From a virus (taxonomy: Duplodnaviria > Heunggongvirae > Uroviricota > Caudoviricetes), in the IMG/VR virus record IMGVR_UViG_2695420676_000017: 8,259 nucleotides of DNA; one strand, 5' to 3'. The position numbers were made by a program, and so were the translations under genes. This document shows positions 1 through 8,259 of this stretch, in pieces. Each line of letters starts with the position of its first letter. The first letter of the stretch is position 1. Under the pieces are notes generated by a model. That model did not search any database and was not told the DNA's origin. It saw nothing but the letters and a program-made list of their open reading frames with translations.

Positions 1-645
<645 letters not shown>

Positions 646-648
646 TCC

Positions 649-1410
649 ATGCATCGTATAGACACGAAAACCGCGCAGAAGGATAAGTTCGGCGCGGGTA
701 AGAACGGTTTTACCCGTGGTAACCCCCAGACCGGCACACCTGCCACCGATCTGGATGATGACTACTTTGACATGTTGCAGGAAGAACTCTGCAGCGTGGT
801 GGAGGCATCCGGTGCCAGCCTGGAGAAGGGGCGGCATGACCAGCTGCTTACCGCGCTTCGTGCGCTGCTGTTAAGCCGCAAGAATCCGTTTGGCGATATC
901 AAATCTGATGGCACGGTGAAAACGGCTCTCGAAAACCTTGGTTTGGGAGAAGGTTCGGCATTACCCGTTGGTGTGCCTGTTCCGTGGCCTTCCGCCACTC
1001 CGCCAACGGGGTGGCTAAAATGTAACGGAGCAGTATTTTCTTCTGAAAAGTACCCAAATCTGGCAAAGGCTTACCCAACATTAAAATTACCAGATTTACG
1101 CGGTGAATTTATTCGTGGCTGGGATGATGGGCGCGGGATTGACTCTGGTCGTAACTTATTATCTGCACAGAATGATGCAATTCAGAATATTGTTGGTTCT
1201 TTTGGGCGTACCCAGCTTTTTAGAGACGTACTTAGTTCAGGGCCATTTAGTCAACATGGGCAAGTATTATCTACAGGTCTAAAGGAAGCCGCAATTATTG
1301 AGGGTTATGGCGCTTATAACTGGACATTCGACGCATCTCGCTCAGTTCGCACAGCATCTGAAACCCGCTCCCGTAACATCGCCTTTAATTATATTGTGAG
1401 GGCTGCATGA
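649..1410 (+). CDS. Phage tail fibre protein: constant N-terminal domain (residues 1 to about 100, ending LENLGLGE) fused at crossover site A to variable C-terminal receptor-binding cassette C1
   Basis: ATG at 649 with GGAG 7 nt upstream. C-terminal part has motifs shared with P2 gpH / Mu S / P1 S fibre tips ([17 protein letters not shown], terminal NIAFNYIVR). Stop overlaps the next start (ATGA at 1407-1410), typical fibre-chaperone coupling. Confidence 0.85.
   Translation: MHRIDTKTAQKDKFGAGKNGFTRGNPQTGTPATDLDDDYFDMLQEELCSVVEASGASLEKGRHDQLLTALRALLLSRKNPFGDIKSDGTVKTALENLGLGEGSALPVGVPVPWPSATPPTGWLKCNGAVFSSEKYPNLAKAYPTLKLPDLRGEFIRGWDDGRGIDSGRNLLSAQNDAIQNIVGSFGRTQLFRDVLSSGPFSQHGQVLSTGLKEAAIIEGYGAYNWTFDASRSVRTASETRSRNIAFNYIVRAA
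926..951 (-). other. Crossover site A, 26-bp Hin/Gin/Pin/Cin-type recombination site (inverted relative to sites B and C)
   Basis: Reverse complement reads TTCTCCCAAACC-AA-GGTTTTCGAGAG: two 12-bp half-sites around a 2-bp core, closely resembling hix/gix-type sites (TTnTCnnAAACC nn GGTTT...). It lies exactly where the fibre sequence switches from constant to variable (codons for LGLGE). Confidence 0.75.
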
Positions 1411-2012
1411 TAAGTAAAGCTGTATTAAATAATGAACTCATCGCCACAAAGGCCGGAGACATTACCGTTTATAATTATGATGGTGAAACACGGGAATATA
1501 TTTCCACATCAACTGAATATCTTGCTGTGGGTGTTGGTATCCCGGCATGTTCCTGTTTAGATGCTCCTGGCTCATATAAAGCTGGTTATGCAATTTGCCG
1601 TTCTGCAGATTTTAACTCATGGGAATATGTGCCAGACCATCGCGGTGAAATCGTCTATAGCACCGAAACAGGAGAATCAAAAGAAATCACACTTCCGGGT
1701 GATTACCCTGAAAATACAACCACTATCGCCCCGTTAACGTCATACGATAAATGGGATGGTGAGAAATGGGTGACCGATACTGAGGCACAGCATAACGCCG
1801 CAGTAGACGCGGCAGAAGTACGGCGCCAGTCACTGATTGATGCTGCTATGGCTTCCATTAGTCTGATTCAGCTGAAATTGCAGGCCGGGCGGAAGCTGAC
1901 GCAGGCAGAAACAACCCGGCTTAACGCTGTGCTGGATTACATTGACGCGGTGACTGCAACAGATACCAGCACCGCGCCGGATGTCATCTGGCCTGAACTA
2001 CCGGAGGCGTAG
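1407..2012 (+). CDS. Tail fibre assembly protein (Tfa/gpU-type chaperone) cognate to cassette C1
   Basis: Translationally coupled to the fibre gene. C-terminus [24 protein letters not shown] is the conserved Tfa tail. Its 3' end overlaps the convergent tfa gene by 29 bp, as in Mu U/U'. Confidence 0.85.
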   Translation: MISKAVLNNELIATKAGDITVYNYDGETREYISTSTEYLAVGVGIPACSCLDAPGSYKAGYAICRSADFNSWEYVPDHRGEIVYSTETGESKEITLPGDYPENTTTIAPLTSYDKWDGEKWVTDTEAQHNAAVDAAEVRRQSLIDAAMASISLIQLKLQAGRKLTQAETTRLNAVLDYIDAVTATDTSTAPDVIWPELPEA

Positions 2013-2427
2013 GCCATTCAATATCTGGAGCACTGGAGGTATCAACCAGTTCCAGTGCGTCCAGATAATCCAGCCATAAATTATATTGTTCCAGCTCGTA
2101 ACCTTTCAGACGACCAATAGCAGCTTTGCCAGGCCACTGATGGGTATTGATGTAGGTATTGACTTCTGAAACCAAAGATATCTTTTTCATTTCAGCCGCC
2201 AGCATCTCATCCTCTTTTGAAGGCGGCGGGGAATTAATCCATATTGGCCGTCCTGAACTGTCAGCGCCAATTTCTTTCCCTTCTGGATGCAGCCCAAGAA
2301 ATTGCTCATATGTTTCTCTGGTAATTTCAATAACATCATCAGGAAGCGTTCCCGCATCCTCATATTCTGGAAACAATTCTTGCAGATAAAAACTTTTACT
2401 TGCGGGTGAAAAGAATACTGAGTTCAT
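1984..2427 (-). CDS. Tail fibre assembly protein (Tfa) cognate to cassette C2
   Basis: Convergent with Tfa1. Conserved C-terminal block [46 protein letters not shown] 2 nt after the stop of the upstream fibre ORF on the minus strand. Confidence 0.85.
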   Translation of the reverse strand: MNSVFFSPASKSFYLQELFPEYEDAGTLPDDVIEITRETYEQFLGLHPEGKEIGADSSGRPIWINSPPPSKEDEMLAAEMKKISLVSEVNTYINTHQWPGKAAIGRLKGYELEQYNLWLDYLDALELVDTSSAPDIEWPTPPVVQAR

Positions 2428-2879
2428 TCTTACCGTCCAATGATTAACGCTGAGACGCTGGTATCTGAAGGAAAGGCTGCATTCAGTGGTTTGTCGACTT
2501 TGAACACAATCGTATTATTCCCCCTGACAGCGGCAAAAGAACAAACCGCCGTCGCGTATGAACCTGTAATATTACTGGATACACCACCATAAGCTGTTGT
2601 TGATACCAGAGGGATAACGCCCAGCACCTTATTAGGAAATACAAAGGGCAATGTGGCTGTGGCAATATAAGACTTATTAGAACCTGTAATGGCATAAGCA
2701 TTATCAGTCATTCCATTCATCGCCACTGGACCGCTTATACTTACAGTAACCATCTGAATGATTAGCCCGTCAGGTTGACGAATCACAAAATTTCCATTGC
2801 CACCAGTAACCGTCCAGAAAGACATATCAGGGATTTGGTTTTCCCCGTTGCCCACATTTCGTTTTGCCGCTTCTCCCAA

Positions 2880-4052
<1,173 letters not shown>

Positions 4053-4072
4053 ATAAATCACCCTGAATAAAA

Positions 4073-4486
4073 TTACTCACCAACAGCCCACCAACTGTAA
4101 TGCATAGATACCGTGTCACTGGTTGATGACGTTCTGTAAGCAGAATTAAAGCCGGTTAACGTAGGGCCTTCTGGAGTCATCACGAACCCTCGCCCAGCGC
4201 CTAAAGGCGCACCGCCATCACCAGAATGGGTAAGAATGGCGCAGTCCGCTTTTTTAGGGAAAGGGATAGGAAATGTAATCCTCATTGTTTGCGTCGATAA
4301 TTTCGGCATAGCCTCGCCTCGACCATATTGCAGAATTTTACCGTTGGGTAATTTCATCCATCCATCACCACTGGCAAAAGAGGCCATGTCCGGTATCTGA
4401 TTTTCCCCTGTCCCTACATCCCGTTTTGCCGCTTCTCCCAAACCAACGTTTATGAAAATGCAGAAATAACGAGCAAATGGCATCAT
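4073..4486 (-). CDS. Tail-fibre variable C-terminal cassette C3 (silent cassette; the ORF extends through site C into the invertase-proximal flank but lacks the constant N-terminal domain)
   Basis: After the site-encoded GLGE it reads [16 protein letters not shown]..., sharing its first ~20 residues with C2 and then diverging. Stop TAA at 4073-4075. The upstream ATGs at 4481-4486 have at best AGGA with 0-3 nt spacing, so independent translation is doubtful. Confidence 0.65.
   Translation of the reverse strand: MMPFARYFCIFINVGLGEAAKRDVGTGENQIPDMASFASGDGWMKLPNGKILQYGRGEAMPKLSTQTMRITFPIPFPKKADCAILTHSGDGGAPLGAGRGFVMTPEGPTLTGFNSAYRTSSTSDTVSMHYSWWAVGE
4433..4458 (+). other. Crossover site C, 26-bp Hin/Gin/Pin-type recombination site next to the invertase gene
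   Basis: TTCTCCCAAACC-AA-CGTTTATGAAAA: variable-side half-site identical to A and B, outer half-site different. Same orientation as B, inverted relative to A. Confidence 0.75.
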
Positions 4487-4512
4487 TCCTGCTTTTGTCA
4501 GGGAGATCTACC

Positions 4513-5067
4513 ATGCTTATTGGCTATGTACGTGTGTCAACAAATGACCAGAACACAGATCTACAACGTAATGCGCTGAACTGTGCAGGATGCGAGCTGA
4601 TTTTTGAAGACAAGATAAGCGGTACAAAGTCCGAAAGGCCGGGACTGAAAAAACTGCTCAGGACATTATCGGCAGGCGATACGCTGGTGGTCTGGAAACT
4701 GGACCGACTGGGGCGCAGTATGCGGCATCTTGTCGTGCTGGTGGAGGAGTTGCGCGAACGAGGCATCAACTTTCGTAGTCTGACGGATTCAATTGATACC
4801 AGTACCCCAATGGGGCGCTTTTTCTTTCATGTGATGGGGGCCCTGGCTGAAATGGAACGAGAACTGATTGTTGAACGAACAAAAGCTGGACTGGAAGCTG
4901 CTCGCGCACAGGGACGAATTGGTGGACGTCGTCCCAAACTTACACCAGAACAATGGGCACAAGCCGGACGATTAATTGCATCAGGAGTTCCGCGCCAGAA
5001 AGTTGCGATTATCTATGATGTTGGCGTATCGACTTTGTATCAGAGGTTTCCGGCAGGAGATAAATAA
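4513..5067 (+). CDS. pin: Serine-recombinase DNA invertase of the Hin/Gin/Pin/Cin family
   Basis: 184 aa, MLIGYVRVSTNDQNTDLQRNAL... with the catalytic-serine motif (VRVSTNDQ), the WKLDRLGRS block and a C-terminal HTH, classic for this family. GGGAGA SD 6 nt upstream of ATG. Immediately flanked by crossover site C, as gin/cin/pin are in Mu/P1/e14. Confidence 0.92.
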   Translation: MLIGYVRVSTNDQNTDLQRNALNCAGCELIFEDKISGTKSERPGLKKLLRTLSAGDTLVVWKLDRLGRSMRHLVVLVEELRERGINFRSLTDSIDTSTPMGRFFFHVMGALAEMERELIVERTKAGLEAARAQGRIGGRRPKLTPEQWAQAGRLIASGVPRQKVAIIYDVGVSTLYQRFPAGDK

Positions 5068-5265
5068 AGACACAGCTCGTCGAATTCAAGAACGTGTGAG
5101 CCAATCTCATGATGATTCATTATTTTCACATAGAGTCAATGACAAAAAACGGCTGCAAGGTAAACCACAACGATGGCTTTGTTAATTGATAGCGGTTTTG
5201 GTACTAAATGATACAAATTAAAATGAATATCCTAGTGAATTACAACAATTTCAGGAGGAAATAGT

Positions 5266-5478
5266 ATGCCAAGAAAAACGCTAGAAAATTTGGTAAATGT
5301 TGCACGTCAGACTCAGGAAATAGCGGATAAGAGAAGCCGTTTTTTCGGGTATCTTGAACAGCATGGCTTGAAGAGGAATGAGGATAGTGCTCACCTTTTT
5401 GCTATGCATTTACGGTTGCAACACAATGAAAGAGATAATCTTGTCCATGAACTGATGTCCGGATTACATCATAAATAG
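5266..5478 (+). CDS. Hypothetical small protein (70 aa), AT-rich cargo gene
   Basis: Strong SD AGGAGG 7 nt upstream of ATG. No family recognised. Lies in the low-GC block. Confidence 0.45.
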   Translation: MPRKTLENLVNVARQTQEIADKRSRFFGYLEQHGLKRNEDSAHLFAMHLRLQHNERDNLVHELMSGLHHK

Positions 5479-5512
5479 TGCATCATTCGAGCAAGAATAT
5501 TATAAGACAATA

Positions 5513-5535
5513 AACCAGCCAAAAACTGGCTGGTT
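5513..5535. terminator. Putative hairpin between convergent genes (possible terminator for the minus-strand operon and/or the small plus-strand ORF)
   Basis: AACCAGCC-aaaaact-GGCTGGTT, 8-bp stem; on the minus strand it is followed by a U-rich tract (UAUUGUCUUAUAAUA). Confidence 0.4.
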
Positions 5536-5562
5536 GAACGTTAACTTTTTGAATTTAATCAA

Positions 5563-5907
5563 TTAACTTTGGTGTATGTCTTGGTAAGTCTCATCCGTCA
5601 GAGCCAATTTCATGCAAATATCATCGTTAAGACTGACAATATCTTCGATCAGTTTATTGATCTCGAAATCGTTAAGTTTTGATACTGTTGCTTGAACTCG
5701 CCCCTCATCGCCAGTGGCATCAAACTTAGTCAGTTCCTTACATAATTCATCGAACCTGCTTTGTAAGGCATTTGGAATATCATCGGCTGTTTTAAGATGC
5801 CCAAGGCTAAAAACATACGAATTAATCAAGCGTTCTTGAATACTTCCATGGCCCGCAAGAGTAAGTACTGCAGTATGAAATTTTTCATGTGCATACTTTA
5901 AGGACAT
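5563..5907 (-). CDS. Hypothetical protein (114 aa), second gene of a two-gene AT-rich operon
   Basis: ATG with GGAG 7 nt upstream, 51 nt after the stop of the upstream gene. No transmembrane segment and no motif I recognise. Confidence 0.6.
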   Translation of the reverse strand: MSLKYAHEKFHTAVLTLAGHGSIQERLINSYVFSLGHLKTADDIPNALQSRFDELCKELTKFDATGDEGRVQATVSKLNDFEINKLIEDIVSLNDDICMKLALTDETYQDIHQS

Positions 5908-5958
5908 ATCTGGTCTCCGTGACTTATAACCTCAACCGACATAAATGGGGTTAAGTGA

Positions 5959-6990
5959 TTATTCTGAAACAATAGTGTTGAACTGACCTATAGAAACAGC
6001 ACCCTTTTCAATTACCTCTAAGTAACTGATTTTAATATGAGAGTTGTTTGACAAAGCGTCAACAATAGCTGTCAACTCATCTTGGGTGATAACATCAGCT
6101 GAAGCTTTGATTGTGAAGCATTCGTCATTAGAGACCCTAACAACGTTAATATTAATATCCTGATTTGTTGGCCCTGTTCTGGTTACACCTTTGATGGAAA
6201 ATATATCAGTTCGTTCTTTACGTTCTCTATCTACAGATTGTCGGCTGTTGTAGGTATTTAGGTCTTGTCGTGTTAGTTTCTCATTTCCTAAAGTCACGGT
6301 TTCGACAGTAGGATCAGCAGCTAATTGCTTCACTAAAGCACTTTTACCTGCTTGTCCGTGACTAGTAACTTTATCGCTAATCGCTGATTTCCCATAGATT
6401 TTATAATCTAATGTTGCTTCTATGGCTTTGTTTATGCCATCGGATGTGGTTTTTGCAATTTCAACCTGCCGATCAGTTGCATGTCTTTCTGTTACGGCAT
6501 TTTCTGAAATGTAGTGATAACCACATGTGCTGGCCGCGCCAACCATTGTGATTATAACAAGCATTTTCTGCCAGCCGTTCAGTCCAGACATAGTATCTCG
6601 CAAAAAATCAGTTACTGCGTTGATGATCTTGTCAGTGGTGCCTTCCGCATCACTAGAACCTTCGCTAATTTTAAAATTTATATCAAGTCGTTGCTTGTCT
6701 TCATTAGTCAAGCGTTGAAGATTCTGCGATCCGTATCGTATGGTTGCAAACGCCCGCTGTATCTCCTCGTTGAGCATTGACATACCAAACAACATTGCTG
6801 ATGTAATTGATGAATGATACCGCTCTCCTTTTACATTTATGTCTAAGGATGGCCAGCCTGCAAACTTTACGTTAGGGAAAATAAACTCTTTAGAATCAAG
6901 CCCCTCTCGGGCTTTCATTTCTTCCAGAAAGTTTAGAAAATCATCTTCACTACGGATCAGAAAATCAATCGAATCCACAGTAGCTTCCAT
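5959..6990 (-). CDS. Hypothetical single-pass membrane protein (343 aa), first gene of the operon
   Basis: ATG at 6990 with AAGGA 7 nt upstream. One hydrophobic stretch (about residues 141-158, MLVIITMVGAASTC...) between a ~140-aa N-terminal domain and a ~180-aa C-terminal domain. No recognisable catalytic motif. Confidence 0.7.
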   Translation of the reverse strand: MEATVDSIDFLIRSEDDFLNFLEEMKAREGLDSKEFIFPNVKFAGWPSLDINVKGERYHSSITSAMLFGMSMLNEEIQRAFATIRYGSQNLQRLTNEDKQRLDINFKISEGSSDAEGTTDKIINAVTDFLRDTMSGLNGWQKMLVIITMVGAASTCGYHYISENAVTERHATDRQVEIAKTTSDGINKAIEATLDYKIYGKSAISDKVTSHGQAGKSALVKQLAADPTVETVTLGNEKLTRQDLNTYNSRQSVDRERKERTDIFSIKGVTRTGPTNQDININVVRVSNDECFTIKASADVITQDELTAIVDALSNNSHIKISYLEVIEKGAVSIGQFNTIVSE

Positions 6991-7044
6991 ATGAATATCC
7001 TTATTAAATTCTCATTCGGTTACTGTTTATTGTTGACTGATCAA

Positions 7045-7075
7045 TAAAAAAGCCCGCAATTTGCGGGCTTCTTTC
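7045..7075. terminator. Bidirectional rho-independent terminator (downstream of ssrA on the minus strand)
   Basis: AAAAAA-GCCCGC-aattt-GCGGGC-TTCTTTC: GC-rich stem flanked by an A-run on one side and a T-run on the other, so it reads as a terminator on both strands. Confidence 0.6.
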
Positions 7076-7199
7076 ACACTTGAGAGCCGCGGCTCCTTTG
7101 CGTATCCTTTTTTGTCTCCTCACCGTCTGGTCGGTGTCCTGCTGAGACTGCTAACTTCCTGTTTTTGTTGGTGTTGTCCTTACACCGTCCAATCATGAT

Positions 7200-7562
7200 T
7201 GGTGGAGCTGGCGGGAGTTGAACCCGCGTCCGAAATTCCTACATCCTCGGTACTACATGCTTAGTCAGTCTTTACATTCGCTTGCCAGCTGCGGACGGAC
7301 ACGCCACTAACAAACTAGCCTGATTAAGTTTTAACGCTTCAACCCCAGGCAGGGCTTCCACGCGATCTCTTTTGGGTTTGACCTCTCTTGATCCCCGTCC
7401 TAAGAGCGGAGGCTAGGGAGAGAGGGCTCTAAGCAGGTTATTAAGCTGCTAAAGCGTAGTTTTCGTCGTTTGCGACTATTTTTTGCGGCTTTTTACGAGG
7501 CCAACCGCCCCTCGGCATGCACCTTGGGTTTCGCAAATCCCGTCGAATCCAGAATCAGCCCC
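7200..7562 (-). ncRNA. ssrA: tmRNA (SsrA, 10Sa RNA), complete 363-nt mature sequence
   Basis: Minus strand reads GGGGCUGAUUCUGGAUUCGACGGG ... GGUUCAACUCCCGCCAGCUCCACCA, which matches the enterobacterial tmRNA as I recall it, including the 3' CCA end, and lies downstream of smpB as expected. Confidence 0.95.
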
Positions 7563-7576
7563 AATGTGTAAAGGTA

Positions 7577-7606
7577 AGTATACCAGATTTATGAGCGCCA
7601 TGACCA
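7577..7606 (-). promoter_or_regulatory. Candidate sigma70 promoter of ssrA
   Basis: On the minus strand: TGGTCA (-35-like), 18-bp spacer, TATACT (-10-like), ending 14 nt before the mature tmRNA 5' end, consistent with a short processed leader. Pattern match only. Confidence 0.4.
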
Positions 7607-7776
7607 GCCTCAATGGCGTTATCGTTAAAGATTTAGCACCCATGTAGCCTGATTTTTATTCGATTAAGCAATGGGATGGCAACATTTGTGTCGGATGTGA
7701 TAGCCAATAAGATGTTGATTCGCGCCGCCGGAGAGGGAGGCGCGGTGAGGAACTGGTCAATAATTGGAGTGCAGGT

Positions 7777-8259
7777 TTAACGGTGGGCGTTTTTCATGAT
7801 ACGTGCTTTATCCACCTGCCATTCGCGTTCTTTGATATCTGAACGTTTATCGTGCTGTTTTTTACCTTTGGCGACGCCGATTTTCACTTTGCACCAGGCA
7901 TTTTTCCAGTACAGGGAGAGCGCCACTACGGTATAGCCTTCTCGATTGACGCGACCGTACAATGAGTCCAGTTCGCGCTGGTTGAGAAGTAACTTGCGGG
8001 TACGGGTAGGATCGCACACCACATGCGTGGAGGCCACGGCCATTGGCGTGATGTTAGCGCCAAACAGAAATGCCTCTCCGTCACGCAGAAGGACGTAGCT
8101 GTCGCTGATATTGGCTTTTCCTGCGCGCAGGGATTTAACCTCCCAGCCTTGCAGGGCAAGTCCCGCTTCGAACTCTTCTTCGATAAAGTATTCGTGACGG
8201 GCGCGCTTGTTAAGCGCGATGGTCGCTGAACCAGGTTTATGTGCTTTTTTCTTCGTCAT
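7777..8259 (-). CDS. smpB: SsrA-binding protein SmpB (complete, 160 aa; start codon at the last bases of the window)
   Basis: Translation [47 protein letters not shown]... is recognisable as SmpB; conserved smpB-ssrA synteny. Confidence 0.95.

Noticed and set aside
899-1081. Minus-strand ORF (60 aa) across crossover site A
   Set aside because: Antisense to the tail-fibre gene; no start signals.
2159-2701. ORFs 2159-2389 (+) and 2483-2701 (-)
   Set aside because: Embedded antisense or out of frame within Tfa2 and the C2 fibre gene; low-complexity translations.
4445-4486. Possibility that cassette C3 is expressed on its own from the tandem ATGs at 4481-4486, reading through site C
   Set aside because: Only AGGA with 0-3 nt spacing upstream, the product would lack the fibre's constant N-terminal domain, and the region more plausibly holds the invertase promoter on the opposite strand.
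4524-5185. ORFs 4524-4769 (-) and 4976-5185 (+) overlapping the invertase gene
   Set aside because: Antisense or out of frame relative to a confidently identified invertase; no SD.
6514-6780. Plus-strand ORFs 6514-6780 and 6527-6718 inside the 343-aa gene
   Set aside because: Antisense to the better-supported long ORF with an SD; AT-rich sequence readily gives short spurious ORFs.
7076-7199. A small ORF or sRNA between the terminator and the tmRNA 3' end
   Set aside because: No ORF in the six-frame track and no promoter-like signal found; most simply 3' trailer or att-flank sequence.
7926-8229. ORFs 7926-8159 (-) and 8023-8229 (+) inside smpB
   Set aside because: Overlap the conserved smpB reading frame; spurious.

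Overview
Enterobacterial chromosomal window in two parts. The right end (about 7200-8259) is conserved core: smpB and the tmRNA gene ssrA, both on the minus strand. Everything to the left of the ssrA 3' end looks horizontally acquired: a rearranged prophage tail-fibre host-range module, then an AT-rich cargo block. The tail-fibre module has a DUF2313/gp48-like gene, a tail-fibre gene whose constant N-terminal domain is joined through a 26-bp Hin/Gin/Pin-type crossover site to a variable C-terminus, three different variable cassettes each with its own tail-fibre assembly (Tfa) gene, three crossover sites (926-951, 2881-2906, 4433-4458) and a Pin-family serine invertase gene (4513-5067). Unusually, the constant region (3' part of the gp48-like gene plus the fibre N-terminus) is present twice as a 672-bp inverted repeat, giving a mirror-image locus with two potential expression sites. 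An 85-bp direct repeat (1-85 and 3569-3653) looks like the terminus of an IS3-family element; the right copy is a short remnant that fuses in frame to the duplicated gp48 fragment and truncates Tfa3. Between the invertase and ssrA lies a low-GC block: a 70-aa ORF with a strong SD and, on the opposite strand, a two-gene operon (343-aa single-pass membrane protein plus 114-aa protein) that I cannot assign to any family. That operon is my best candidate for an undescribed accessory, possibly anti-phage, system. No integrase, att repeat, CRISPR array or tRNA was seen. All family assignments are from reading the translations and from memory of these families; no database search was possible.
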